Positions 17,067 to 26,916 of a stretch of DNA of 64,000 nucleotides are shown piece after piece; the first letter of the stretch is position 1; each line of letters opens with the position of its first letter. Position numbers and translations under genes: made by a program. A model generated the notes under the pieces. The model ran no database searches. It was not told the DNA's origin and saw only the letters and a program-made list of their open reading frames with translations. This DNA is from Patescibacteria group bacterium. Lineage in GTDB: Bacteria > Patescibacteriota > Minisyncoccia > Minisyncoccales > UBA10102. Location: assembly GCA_022563395.1 (NCBI GenBank), contig JADFNM010000001.1:270342-334341 (forward strand), in the 5' to 3' direction.

Positions 17067-17440
17067 TTCTTTTCAAAGTTTAAACATACCGAGTTAATGC
17101 AGTACCTCCTTCCTCCCCTGTCTTTGGGGCCGTCGTCAAACAAATGACCCAAGTGAGAACCACATTTCTTGCATACAATCTCGGTTCTCTTGATACCAAG
17201 ACTGCTGTCTTCTTTAAGCTCAACGTTCTCTAAGTTCGTAGGTTCAGTAAAGCTGGGCCAACCCGTGCCAGAGTCAAACTTGGTGTCAGAAGAAAACAAT
17301 TCTTGTCCGCAGGCAGCACACGTGAACATTCCCTTCTCATGAAAGTTCGCATACTTTCCTTTGAAAGGGGCTTCGGTCCCTTTTTCTCGCATAATCTTGT
17401 ACTGCTCGGGGCTCAGTTTCTCCTTCCAATTACTCTCCAT
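17063..17440 (-). CDS. msrB: Methionine-R-sulfoxide reductase
   Basis: GTE, CAAC, GTGWPSF, HLGHLF, RYCINS. Confidence 0.96.
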   Translation of the reverse strand: MESNWKEKLSPEQYKIMREKGTEAPFKGKYANFHEKGMFTCAACGQELFSSDTKFDSGTGWPSFTEPTNLENVELKEDSSLGIKRTEIVCKKCGSHLGHLFDDGPKDRGGRRYCINSVCLNFEKK

Positions 17441-17906
17441 CTTTTTGTAATAATTTCTTTACCTTTTCTACCTTTGGCGCAATAATTGCCTGGCTGTAGA
17501 CCGTGTTTGGGTTCTTTTCATAGAAATCCTTGTGATAATCCTCTGCCTCATGAAAATCTTCAAAAGGCCAAATCTCTGTTGCAATGGGCTCCTTGTACTT
17601 TGAGGCCTGCTCTTTTTTTGTTTGCTCAGCTATCTTTTGCTGTTCTTTGGTGTGATAAAAAATAACCGCCTGGTACTCTGGTCCAACGTCAGGACCCTGC
17701 TTGTTTTTCTCGGTAGGATTGTGAATCTCCCAGAATATCTTTAACAACTCTTGGTAGGAAGTAAGTTTTGGGTCATACTCAATCTGAACCGTTTCCACAT
17801 GCTCTTTTCCTGCGTATCCTGGGGTAACCGAAACCACGCCTTTTTTAAGCTTGAATGCGGCTTCTGCACACCAAAAGCATCCTATTCCAAGAGTAGCCTT
17901 TTCCAT
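17430..17906 (-). CDS. msrA: Methionine-S-sulfoxide reductase
   Basis: GCFWC, QGPDVG, AEDYH. Confidence 0.93.
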   Translation of the reverse strand: MEKATLGIGCFWCAEAAFKLKKGVVSVTPGYAGKEHVETVQIEYDPKLTSYQELLKIFWEIHNPTEKNKQGPDVGPEYQAVIFYHTKEQQKIAEQTKKEQASKYKEPIATEIWPFEDFHEAEDYHKDFYEKNPNTVYSQAIIAPKVEKVKKLLQKDGE

Positions 17907-17910
17907 GTCT

Positions 17911-18519
17911 CTATTCTACCCCACTCTCTTGAATCTCAAAAAGAAATGGGAGGGCTTTTTCAATTGCGCGCTTTCGGTGCATATCCTCCAGTTCTTCAAT
18001 GGCAAACTCAGAAAGCACCTTCCCTCCCAAAGTAAGGGAGAAAAGAGAACGATACGGATATCCTGCAACAATGGGATAGTACGCTTTCTCTGCAATGTAT
18101 CCTTCCATAATACCGTCAAACAGGCGGATGTCTTGTTTGTCTTTAGCAATCGCAATAACTGCCCGGAACCTGGCAGTCCTTTTCTCTTTTGGGACTCCCT
18201 CCAACCTTTTGAGCGCATAATCTATAAGTTCTTGGTCTGTTGCTTCATACCCAGGCCAGCGTCTTGCATGAATGCCAGGCTCGCCTCCCACAGCGTCAAT
18301 CTCAAGGCCCGTATCATCGGCAAGCACTGAAATCCCACTTTTCTCAAAGTAGAATTGCGCTTTCAAAAGAGCGTTCTCTTCCAAGGTTACACCAGTCTCT
18401 TCTGGTTTTTCCTCAATACCCAAATCAGAAAGTGTCACAAGCAAAAGAGGCACCTCTCTTAAAAGGTGCCTGTATTCTTTGATTTTCCCCGCGTTTGTTG
18501 TTGCAATAAGAAGTTGCAT
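17911..18519 (-). CDS. rdgB: Non-canonical purine NTP pyrophosphatase (Ham1 family)
   Basis: ATTNAGK, EENALLKA, DDTGL, HR motif. Confidence 0.88.
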   Translation of the reverse strand: MQLLIATTNAGKIKEYRHLLREVPLLLVTLSDLGIEEKPEETGVTLEENALLKAQFYFEKSGISVLADDTGLEIDAVGGEPGIHARRWPGYEATDQELIDYALKRLEGVPKEKRTARFRAVIAIAKDKQDIRLFDGIMEGYIAEKAYYPIVAGYPYRSLFSLTLGGKVLSEFAIEELEDMHRKRAIEKALPFLFEIQESGVE

Positions 18520-18527
18520 ATCTTGCT

Positions 18528-19196
18528 TTAAAACCGTAGTGCGCTCTCTCGTGCTCGCAATATCTCCTCTAAAGAAAGTCCAAATCCGTTTGCGCCCCGG
18601 TGCATGAGCCGCTGCACATTTTGCACATGGTCCAATCCCAATATGTGTCCCACTTCGTGAGCCAGGGCCCGAAAGTCGTAGACCGTGGTATAGTCTGCCA
18701 CGGCAACGCTGGAAAGTCCCCCAAAGGCAATGCCGTTTATCCCGCGCAATCTCGCCACGAGAAATACATTTATAAAGAAAGGGTCAAATCCCTCTACTCC
18801 TTCAACAAATTCGCGAGAAGAATCCAAGAGCAGAGTTATCTCCTCATCTGTTCTCTTTAACTCATACAGGTTGTGTATTTCTAATTCAATGTTTGCTTGT
18901 TCCCAAATCTGGGAAGCATTCTCAACCAAGTTCCTTATATTCTCTTTTGTACGCAGAGATCCGTTGTCTTCGTCGTTTCTGAGAATGAATAGAGAAAGAG
19001 GAACAAGAATCTCCTCTGCGTCTATTGCGCTCACCACTGGTTCTTGCTTGACCTCAGTTGGGGTCCTCTGGTAGAAAAAGTACTGGTCGAGCCCCGAAAG
19101 GTACACAAAACCCAAAAGAACCGCAAGGGCCATCAGCACTTTAAATATTCGAGCGAGAACACTGGGCTCTTGAATCTCTTCGTCTTCTTCAATCAT
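18528..19196 (-). CDS. Membrane-anchored metzincin-type zinc protease
   Basis: HEVGHILGLDH plus Met-turn LM; N-terminal TM. Confidence 0.8.
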   Translation of the reverse strand: MIEEDEEIQEPSVLARIFKVLMALAVLLGFVYLSGLDQYFFYQRTPTEVKQEPVVSAIDAEEILVPLSLFILRNDEDNGSLRTKENIRNLVENASQIWEQANIELEIHNLYELKRTDEEITLLLDSSREFVEGVEGFDPFFINVFLVARLRGINGIAFGGLSSVAVADYTTVYDFRALAHEVGHILGLDHVQNVQRLMHRGANGFGLSLEEILRARESALRF

Positions 19197-19897
19197 TTCC
19201 CAAATCTTCTCTGCCTTCTTTGATATTCTTGAATTGCTTCATTAAAATCCTCTTCTGTAAAGTCGGGCCAATACTTACTGCAAAAGTAGAGTTCAGCATA
19301 TGCTGATTGCCACAAAAGAAAGTTAGAAAATCTCTGCTCTCCTCCTGCCCGTATCACAAGGTCAGGATCTGGCAGGCCTGCGGTGGAAAGATAATTGGAA
19401 AACAACTCTTCTGTAACCTGTTCTGGAGATATCCCTTCTTTGAGCATTTTTTGTACCGCACTCACAATATCCCATCTTCCCCCGTAGCTTATAGCCAGGG
19501 TAACAAAGAATTTGTCATTGTCTTTGGTTGTCTCTTCTACCTTGGCAATAACCTTTTGCAGGGATTCTGGTAGGCGCTCTTTTTGACCAATGATACGTAT
19601 TTTTACTCCCCGTTCTTTTGCTTTTTCTCCTACATACTTTTTAAGCTGCTGAACCAAACCAGTTTCCAAAAGACGCATTAAGTAGGTGACCTCTCGCTCC
19701 GTACGGTTCCAGTTTTCCGTGGAGAACCCAAACATGGTAAGGGCTTTTACTCCCCGTTCTTGGCACCAGTCTACAAGTTGTACTGCTTTCTCGTACCCCA
19801 CCCGATGACCCTCTAAGGCATCCATGCCCCGTTCTCTTGCCCATCTCCGGTTTCCGTCCGGGAACAATACGATGTGTTGCGGAACATTATTCTCCAT
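19193..19897 (-). CDS. uppS: Undecaprenyl diphosphate synthase
   Basis: DGNRRWA, FSTENW, YGGR, RFSNFLLWQ. Confidence 0.96.
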   Translation of the reverse strand: MENNVPQHIVLFPDGNRRWARERGMDALEGHRVGYEKAVQLVDWCQERGVKALTMFGFSTENWNRTEREVTYLMRLLETGLVQQLKKYVGEKAKERGVKIRIIGQKERLPESLQKVIAKVEETTKDNDKFFVTLAISYGGRWDIVSAVQKMLKEGISPEQVTEELFSNYLSTAGLPDPDLVIRAGGEQRFSNFLLWQSAYAELYFCSKYWPDFTEEDFNEAIQEYQRRQRRFGK

Positions 19898-20054
19898 ACT
19901 GTTCTTGGACCTGAACCGGGCCTTTTAACTGGTCTTTTGCCACTAAATATCCCGCAGCAAAGGAAATGAGGGAAATCAGAATCACGCCCAAAACCAGGAC
20001 TATGTCCTTTTGATTTACTTTGACAAACTCTCTTATTTTTGTTAGTATAGTCAT
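19887..20054 (-). CDS. 55-aa single-pass membrane protein
   Basis: Hand translation MTILTKIREFVKVNQKDIVLVLGVILISLISFAAGYL...; overlaps the uppS start. Confidence 0.6.
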   Translation of the reverse strand: MTILTKIREFVKVNQKDIVLVLGVILISLISFAAGYLVAKDQLKGPVQVQEQYGE

Positions 20055-20113
20055 TGCTACATTGTTACATTGCTAAATTGTTTAACAATGTAACCATATA
20101 ACCATTTAACAAT
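20053..20113. repeat. Inverted pair of 8-mer tandem arrays
   Basis: ATTGCTAC ATTGTTAC ATTGCTAA ATTGTT / AACAATGT AACCATAT AACCATTT AACAAT. Confidence 0.75.
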
Positions 20114-20121
20114 TCTGTCGT

Positions 20122-20394
20122 ATGGCTACTACAAAGTCAGTTGGATCAACGCGCCTCGGGCGGGATTCTCAACCAAAATATCTTGGAATAAAACTGTTTG
20201 CGGGTGAAAAAGCCAGGGCAGGACAGATTTTGGTCAGGCAGCGCGGCACCAAACTCTTTGCGGGCAAAAACGTTGGAACGGGAAAAGACTACACCCTCTT
20301 TGCCTTAAAAGAAGGTGTGGTGCAGTTTTCTACAAAGAGAAAGCGGGGATTTGACCGATCTCAAAGAATCGTCAAGGTGGTACATATTACCTAA
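20122..20394 (+). CDS. rpmA: 50S ribosomal protein L27
   Basis: [25 protein letters not shown]. Confidence 0.97.
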   Translation: MATTKSVGSTRLGRDSQPKYLGIKLFAGEKARAGQILVRQRGTKLFAGKNVGTGKDYTLFALKEGVVQFSTKRKRGFDRSQRIVKVVHIT

Positions 20395-22006
20395 CTGCAG
20401 CTCGCACAAACTCTAAAAATAAAGGGTGGGGCTCCAAAGGCCTTGATTTAAATTCTGGATGAAACTGGACTCCAACAAAGAACGGATGATTTTTCAGTTC
20501 AACAATCTCTACTAAATCTCTTTCTAGATTGACGCCTGATATTACCATACCTTTCTTTTCCAGAATACCTCGGTACTCATTATTCAACTCATAGCGATGG
20601 CGGTGCCGCTCTGAGATATCTTGTTTTCCATACGCCTCGTATGCTAGGGTTCCCTTCTGAATACGACATCTGTACGCCCCAAGGCGCATGGTGCTCCCGT
20701 ATTTCTTTTCTTTCAAAAGAGTCTTCTGGTCTTCCATCACATCAATAACGGGGTCAATAGTATCACGTGGGTAGAACTCTGCTGAAGATGCCTTTTTCAA
20801 TCCACACACATTCCGCGCGAACTCAATTACTGCCAACTGCATACCAAAACATAAGCCAAAATAAGGAATTTTGTTAATCCGGCAAATCTCACTTGCCTTT
20901 GTTTTTCCCTCCACTCCCCTAGTGCCAAAACCGCCGGGAACAATAATACCATCAAAGTTTTTAAGCTCCTGGGCCGCCTTTGGGTTCTTTATATACTTCT
21001 CTGAAGAAAGCCAAGTAATTTCAGGATTCCTCCCCATGGCCCACGAGGCATGCTTGATAGCCTCAATCACAGAAAGATAGGAATCCATTAGGGTAAAGTC
21101 CCCTGTCTCAAAGTATTTCCCCACGATCCCTATTCGCACGGTCTTTTTTAAGGAACGTACCCTGCGCACCAAAGCTCTCCAGTCTCTCATGTCTTGCTTT
21201 TTGCCTTTCAATCCGAACTTTTGCAATATCTTGTCTCCCACCTTCTCTTTTTCAAAGTTCACGGGAATCTCGTAAATAAACTTTACGTCGGGGGCTGAAA
21301 TGACGTAGTCTGCCGCAACGTTACAAGACAGGGAAATCTTTTGTTTTCTTGGCTTGTCTACGGGTAGTTCGGACCTGGCAATAATCATGTCTGGCTGAAT
21401 ACCTGCTGCGTTCAGAGTTCTGACAGCTGTCTGCGTAGGCTTGGTCTTTTGTTCTCCAATACTGGGTGGAATGGGAAGATAGCTTACCAACACAAAAAAA
21501 ACCTGCTCAGGAGCGCTTGCCTGCATCATGCGCGCTGCCTCCAAAAAGAGCATGTTTTGATATTCTCCCACCGTGCCCCCTATTTCAATCAAGACAAAGT
21601 CTGCCTTGTCTACTCTTGCAGCCGCCTTAATGCGCGAGATAACCTCTTCTGGGATATGGGGAACTACTTCTACGCACTTTCCTTTGTATTCCAGATTGCG
21701 CTCTCTTTTAATAACAGAGTCATATACCTGACCTGTAGTCATGTAGTTAACTTTGGAAAAGGGTCTTCCAAAAAAGCGTTCATAGTTTCCCAGGTCCTGG
21801 TCTGACTCGGTTCCGTCGTCAGTCACAAAAATCTCCCCGTGTTCCAGGGGATTCATGGTACCGGCATCAACGTTGATGTAGGGGTCAATCTTTACCGCAG
21901 AGACGGCAAAACCCTTGCTTAAGAGAATCTTTCCAAGAGAGGCCGTAGCCACGCCCTTGCCAACGCCGGACATGACGCCTCCTGCAACAAAGATGTACCG
22001 GGTCAT
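20387..22006 (-). CDS. pyrG: CTP synthase
   Basis: [29 protein letters not shown]. Confidence 0.97.
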   Translation of the reverse strand: MTRYIFVAGGVMSGVGKGVATASLGKILLSKGFAVSAVKIDPYINVDAGTMNPLEHGEIFVTDDGTESDQDLGNYERFFGRPFSKVNYMTTGQVYDSVIKRERNLEYKGKCVEVVPHIPEEVISRIKAAARVDKADFVLIEIGGTVGEYQNMLFLEAARMMQASAPEQVFFVLVSYLPIPPSIGEQKTKPTQTAVRTLNAAGIQPDMIIARSELPVDKPRKQKISLSCNVAADYVISAPDVKFIYEIPVNFEKEKVGDKILQKFGLKGKKQDMRDWRALVRRVRSLKKTVRIGIVGKYFETGDFTLMDSYLSVIEAIKHASWAMGRNPEITWLSSEKYIKNPKAAQELKNFDGIIVPGGFGTRGVEGKTKASEICRINKIPYFGLCFGMQLAVIEFARNVCGLKKASSAEFYPRDTIDPVIDVMEDQKTLLKEKKYGSTMRLGAYRCRIQKGTLAYEAYGKQDISERHRHRYELNNEYRGILEKKGMVISGVNLERDLVEIVELKNHPFFVGVQFHPEFKSRPLEPHPLFLEFVRAAVR

Positions 22007-22455
22007 TCCGCTTCTTGTTCTGCAATGATTACTCGAATTTCTGCCTCCAGGTTATGCTCAAAGCTCAACTTTACAGGAAACTCTCCGAGTTCTTTTAAAG
22101 GATCCTCTAACTTTACCTGAGATTTCTTGACATTGTATCCCATCTCTTTTAACCTGTCTGCAATCTTTTGGGCGTTTACTGCCTCAAACAGCTGTCCTTC
22201 TTCTCCCACCTTCAGCACAAGCTGAACCTCCATGTCGTCTAACTGAGATGCCATTTCTTGAGATTTCTGCAGGCTCTCTTCTGCAACCTTTTCTACTAAC
22301 TCCTTTTGCATCTCCGCCCATTCTAAAGCTTCCTTGGTTGCAGGCTTTACCAGTCCTTCTGGAATGAGGTGGTTTTGGGCGTGGCCGTCTGCCACCTCCT
22401 TTACCTCAAACTTCTTGCCAAGTTTTGGAACATCTTGCAGCAAAATAACCTTCAT
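22003..22455 (-). CDS. rplI: 50S ribosomal protein L9
   Basis: MKVILLQDVPKLG...VADGHAQNHLIP. Confidence 0.95.
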   Translation of the reverse strand: MKVILLQDVPKLGKKFEVKEVADGHAQNHLIPEGLVKPATKEALEWAEMQKELVEKVAEESLQKSQEMASQLDDMEVQLVLKVGEEGQLFEAVNAQKIADRLKEMGYNVKKSQVKLEDPLKELGEFPVKLSFEHNLEAEIRVIIAEQEAE

Positions 22456-22467
22456 GAAAGTATTTTC

Positions 22468-23679
22468 TCACAAATCCTTAACTAACTCAAGAGCCTTGTC
22501 AAGCTGGGGATCCAGCTCTAGGTCAAAGTCCTCTGGAGTCATCTCAACTTCCACATCCGGGTCCAAGCCAACGTCGGTAATATGGTTTCCATTGGGGGTA
22601 AGCCAGTTTGCCACGGTCACTTTCAAAGAAGCATCTCCAACAAGGTTCTCCAACTCCTGCACAGACCCTTTTCCAAAGGACTTTTCCCCCACGACCGTCA
22701 CTCCCTTGTGGTCTCGCAGGGCTCCAGCTAAGATCTCAGAGGCCGAAGCTGACCCCTGGTTCATTAAAATGACCAAAGGGTAGCCTCCCAGGCGGCCATT
22801 CCCTCTTGCCTTGTAGATGATTTCTTTTCCTTCTTCGCCAAAATCCTCCACCACCACAACCTGCCCTCTCTCTAGGAACCATCCTGCAATATCCACTGCA
22901 ACCTCAAGAAATCCTCCCGGGTTGTTTCTTAAGTCTAAAATAATTCGGTCAGCTGAAGAAGCAAGAATGCCGGTTGCTGCTGTTCTGAAAGTGCGCGAGG
23001 CATTTTCTGAAAAATGGAAAAGCTGAATATATGCAATATTCTCTTCCAACATTTCCCACTCCAAAGAAGGAATCTTAATGACTGCCCTGGTGATAACAAA
23101 GTCTTTGGTTTCAGACCAGTCGCCTCGCAGAATGGAAAGGGTCACATCGGTTCCCTTGGGACCCCGAATTAAAGAGACTGCTTCATCAATCGTAAGGTTT
23201 CTTGTGAAGGTGTCATCCACCCGCACAATAACGTCTCCCGGGCGCAATCCAGCTGCCTTTGCCGGAGTCCCCTCCAGGGGAGAGATAACCCGAAGCTCAC
23301 GGTTTCGAATGCCAATCTCCATACCCACCCCTTCAAAAGACCCGGAAATGTCGTCGCGGAACCGCTTGGTATCTTCTGGGTCCATGAACAAAGTATAGGG
23401 ATCACCCAAACTCTCCACCATGCCAGAGATGGCACCGTACACCATCTCTTGATAATCAAAGGATTCCTTGGCAGCATACTTTTCTTGGATGATATTCCAG
23501 GCATCCCAAAACAGAGAAAAGTCTACAGCTTCAGGCGCCCCGAACTGGGTGTTTTGCACCCCTTCGATGGGAACTATTCTGGCCTCAGATTTCCCCACCT
23601 GAAAACCAAAGTAGTAAGCCCCAAGGATGGAGCCCACAAGAAAAAAGAGGACTGCTATTTTCCCTGCACCTCTTAACAT
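22468..23679 (-). CDS. S41 C-terminal processing protease with PDZ domain (CtpA-like)
   Basis: DLRNNPGG, SASASE, GKGSVQ; start moved to MLRGAG because the upstream extension overlaps purC. Confidence 0.93.
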   Translation of the reverse strand: MLRGAGKIAVLFFLVGSILGAYYFGFQVGKSEARIVPIEGVQNTQFGAPEAVDFSLFWDAWNIIQEKYAAKESFDYQEMVYGAISGMVESLGDPYTLFMDPEDTKRFRDDISGSFEGVGMEIGIRNRELRVISPLEGTPAKAAGLRPGDVIVRVDDTFTRNLTIDEAVSLIRGPKGTDVTLSILRGDWSETKDFVITRAVIKIPSLEWEMLEENIAYIQLFHFSENASRTFRTAATGILASSADRIILDLRNNPGGFLEVAVDIAGWFLERGQVVVVEDFGEEGKEIIYKARGNGRLGGYPLVILMNQGSASASEILAGALRDHKGVTVVGEKSFGKGSVQELENLVGDASLKVTVANWLTPNGNHITDVGLDPDVEVEMTPEDFDLELDPQLDKALELVKDL

Positions 23680-23779
23680 ATGGAAATAGTATATCATTTG
23701 GGGCTGCCTGGCGCAACCCTTAATATAGAAAGCCCCCTGTCCGCTTCTCCTTACGAGTTGCAGACAGGGGCCTTTAGTG

Positions 23780-24781
23780 TCACTCATGCATCCTCTCCGT
23801 CTGGTACCGGACAAGAGGCATACCGGTGATGCGCTCAAAGATCTCCAGATACCTTGAGCTTGCGTCCGACAGGACCTCTTCTGGAACCTTAAGCGAGGCC
23901 ACGAAGGCGAGGTCTTCTGGAGCCTCAGGATCAAGCTTGTTGATTCCTTGCCCCTTTGGCGTCTCCACGGTACGCCCCCAGTTCCGCACCGTCTCCTTGT
24001 CATAGAAGACAGGGTCGCGCCCTTCTTTCATCGCGCGTTCAAAGTCCTCTACTGTAGTAAACCTTGAGGAGTCTGGAGTGAGCACCTCATCGGCAATGAC
24101 GGGCGAGCCGTGTTCATCTACACCTACCTCAAACTTTGTATCGAGGATTAGGATGCCGCGCTTGCGTGCTTCTTCGTACACCAGTGCATAGGCCTTAGCA
24201 AACATGGAAACTACCCGAGGGCCAAGCTGCCCGGTAGCAGCCAGAAACTCATCCTCGGTGATGTTCACGTCGTGCCCGGACTCGGCCTTTGTAGAAGGAG
24301 TGAAGATTGGGGCGCTTAGCTTCTCCCACTTGGTGAGACCGTGAGGAAGCTGCTTGCCCGCAACCATGCCTGTGTCCTGGTATGCGGCCCACACCGACCC
24401 CCCAAGATGACCCCGAAAGATCAGTTCAAAGGGAATCATCTGGAGCTTTTTGACGACGGATGTGCGCTGTGCAGGAATCGATGCAAAATTCCCCATCAGC
24501 ATACCCGAGTCCCTCAAATGGTGAGGAAAACTCGAAAGGACACCGCGCAACCAAAAGTGGGTCAGTGCGGTGAGCACCTCACCCTTCTTCTCCACGAAAG
24601 CGGGGAGAACAAGGTCAAAGATGCTTACGCGATCAGTTGCAACGATCAGAAGCAAGTCAGAGTTTGTTGGATGCGTATAGGTGTCCCGTACCTTCCCCTG
24701 ATACAACCGGTCCAGTCCACCCTTCCTCAGTTCCTTACTGAACGGTGACTCTCGTACCATCTTTGGAATGACAGCTCCCAT
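23780..24781 (-). CDS. purC: SAICAR synthetase
   Basis: GKVRD, TDRVSIFD, FTPSTKA, DTKFE, DEVLTPDSSRF. Confidence 0.95.
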   Translation of the reverse strand: MGAVIPKMVRESPFSKELRKGGLDRLYQGKVRDTYTHPTNSDLLLIVATDRVSIFDLVLPAFVEKKGEVLTALTHFWLRGVLSSFPHHLRDSGMLMGNFASIPAQRTSVVKKLQMIPFELIFRGHLGGSVWAAYQDTGMVAGKQLPHGLTKWEKLSAPIFTPSTKAESGHDVNITEDEFLAATGQLGPRVVSMFAKAYALVYEEARKRGILILDTKFEVGVDEHGSPVIADEVLTPDSSRFTTVEDFERAMKEGRDPVFYDKETVRNWGRTVETPKGQGINKLDPEAPEDLAFVASLKVPEEVLSDASSRYLEIFERITGMPLVRYQTERMHE

Positions 24782-25272
24782 CAGGACCCTCCTTTCCCCT
24801 CAAGATTGTATACGGGCTCTCGTTTATTGCTTTCCAGGTAGACAGTCAGACCGCTTTTCACTCCCTTATCCCCCAGCGCTATGATCTGACAGGCCTGGAT
24901 TGCGGCGTTCCGCAGTCCTGCACTCCCAATCCCCGTACAGGAAACTGAAACTCCAGGGGGCATACGCACAATAGAAAGCAGGGCGTCCATGCCGTCCAGC
25001 ACGTCAGAAGCAAGGGCAACCCCAATCACAGGGCGTTCCTTGACAATAGCTGCTATTGCGCCAGGGAGCGCTGCTGACATGCCAGCCACGCCAATGAACA
25101 CCTTGCCTCCGCTGCTCAGGCAGTAATCCCTGAGCTCCTCGGGATTTCGGTGGGCCGAGATCGCCGCAGCGGTCCAGGAGACCCCGACTTCATCCAAAAC
25201 CTCGAACATCTTTGAGCTTCGCACCGCCTCTTCGTCACTTGTGCTACCAAGGATAACAATTATATCAGCCAT
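24781..25272 (-). CDS. purE: AIR carboxylase / N5-CAIR mutase
   Basis: GSTSD, SAHR, AGMSAALPG, PVIGV, MPPG; SD AAAGGAGG before ATG 25272. Confidence 0.93.
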   Translation of the reverse strand: MADIIVILGSTSDEEAVRSSKMFEVLDEVGVSWTAAAISAHRNPEELRDYCLSSGGKVFIGVAGMSAALPGAIAAIVKERPVIGVALASDVLDGMDALLSIVRMPPGVSVSCTGIGSAGLRNAAIQACQIIALGDKGVKSGLTVYLESNKREPVYNLEGKGGS

Positions 25273-25354
25273 GACAGGCCTCCTTTGTAATGGGCAATTC
25301 TGAGCAAAGCTCAGATAGGACAGTATACACAGAAAAGAAAAAGAGCGCAAGAGT

Positions 25355-26413
25355 TCAAAGAGTGGATTGGGCAACTCTTGCCCTTACTCCTATAAGGCGT
25401 ATTGGGTTTAAGTTCTCAGTCAGAAATCTCAAAAGGAGCTGCATTGCTTCCTTCTCAAAGAGCTTCCAGTCTTTTTGGGGCTCCTTGAAGCTCTTTGCTT
25501 TCGTATGCGTCTCAAACCCATGGAAACGACACACCACGGTTATGGTTTTGAAAGCAAGCCCTGCTTCTTTGAGCTCTGAGGCAACCTCTCTTGCAAGCTC
25601 TCGGAACACGGGGAAGATTTCTTCGCCGTCTCTTGTATCCCTCTCAAAAGTGTGTTCCCTGCCAATAGACTTTACCTCTTCTTTAACGGTAACGGGGCTA
25701 TGGTCAATGCCTCGAACCTTGTCATACAGAGTACTTCCAAACACACCCAAGAGTTTCACCAGCTCTTCTTTTGATGTCTCTCTCACATCTTTTATTTTGA
25801 GTGCCTTTTTCTTGAAAAACTTTTCCAGGATTGCGGCGGTTTTTGGCCCAATACCTGGAATCTCCCTGATACTCAAAGAAGAAAGAAAGCTCTCTACCTT
25901 TTGTGGCTCCACAACCAAAACACCATTGGGCTTTGCATGCTCACAAGCTATTTTGGCTACCATTTTGTTTGGAGCAATGCCGCAAGAAGCAGGAAGTTTC
26001 TCTTTTTTAAAAATCTCCTTTCTTATCTTTTCAGCTAACTTCCTTGCATTCTCAAAGCTCCCAACAAAGCTGATGTCCAAATATGCTTCATCTAAAGAAA
26101 CTTGTTCTACCAAAAGAGTATACTTTCTCAAGATGGTCATGATGTTCTCTGACGCCTTATGATACAAGGCTCCATCCACCGGCAAGAACACGGCCTGGGG
26201 ACATAATCTCCAAGCTTCAGATATGGGCATTGCAGAATGAATGCCATACTTTCTTGCCTCATAGTTGCAGGTGGATACCACTCCCCTGCCCTTGCCTTCT
26301 TTGGGGTCTGCCCCAACCACCACTGGTTTTCCTCTAAAGTGGGGGTTTTCTCTTTCTTCTACCATGGCAAAAAATGCATCCATATCAAGAAGCAATACAA
26401 TTCTATTTTTCAT
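25355..26413 (-). CDS. dinB: DNA polymerase IV
   Basis: DMDAFFA, YEARKYG, SLDEAYLD, little-finger domain. Confidence 0.94.
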   Translation of the reverse strand: MKNRIVLLLDMDAFFAMVEERENPHFRGKPVVVGADPKEGKGRGVVSTCNYEARKYGIHSAMPISEAWRLCPQAVFLPVDGALYHKASENIMTILRKYTLLVEQVSLDEAYLDISFVGSFENARKLAEKIRKEIFKKEKLPASCGIAPNKMVAKIACEHAKPNGVLVVEPQKVESFLSSLSIREIPGIGPKTAAILEKFFKKKALKIKDVRETSKEELVKLLGVFGSTLYDKVRGIDHSPVTVKEEVKSIGREHTFERDTRDGEEIFPVFRELAREVASELKEAGLAFKTITVVCRFHGFETHTKAKSFKEPQKDWKLFEKEAMQLLLRFLTENLNPIRLIGVRARVAQSTL

Positions 26414-26591
26414 AACATAAATAGAAACTAAATTTCATTTAAGCAATATGCGGATATTATATTAAATTTAAGCAGGACCGTTATGACACAATCATTATAT
26501 ACCACGCACAAAACAAAAGCCCCCGATTCGTTCTTTTGGTTCAGAACTACTACGGGGGCTCAGGAGCTGTATCCTGTTGCTGCTTTTCTCG

Positions 26592-26705
26592 TCAGAAATC
26601 TTCCAGTTCCGCCTCTTCACACTCCTGGCAGATACCATGAGTGGTCTTAAGACGCCGGAAAATCCAGCGGAGGAAAACAACAAAGATGAAACCTGTGTAG
26701 CCCAT
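26592..26705 (-). CDS. 37-aa ORF with THGICxxC half zinc finger, possibly a 5'-truncated pseudogene
   Basis: Hand translation MGYTGFIFVVFLRWIFRRLKTTHGICQECEEAELEDF; in-frame KCGKH upstream preceded by a stop. Confidence 0.4.
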   Translation of the reverse strand: MGYTGFIFVVFLRWIFRRLKTTHGICQECEEAELEDF

Positions 26706-26916
26706 GTGCTTTCCGCATTTTTATCCTTTTGTCAAACAAAAAGTGCCCCTTGAGGGACTTGATTGGGACCAGTTACTAGAGGAGTTGAAGTACTTAGAGA
26801 AGCTAAGAAATGAATTTACACTCTCTGTAGCAGCCTGAGTGGTATTTGTCTATATATTTATGAGAGAAAAGGAAAAGGGTCTCCGGTGCACAATGTGCAG
26901 GGTGGAGACCCTTCTT

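Noticed and set aside
23680..24003. 108-aa N-terminal extension of the S41 protease
   Set aside because: Overlaps purC and its terminator; a signal-anchor start exists at 23679.
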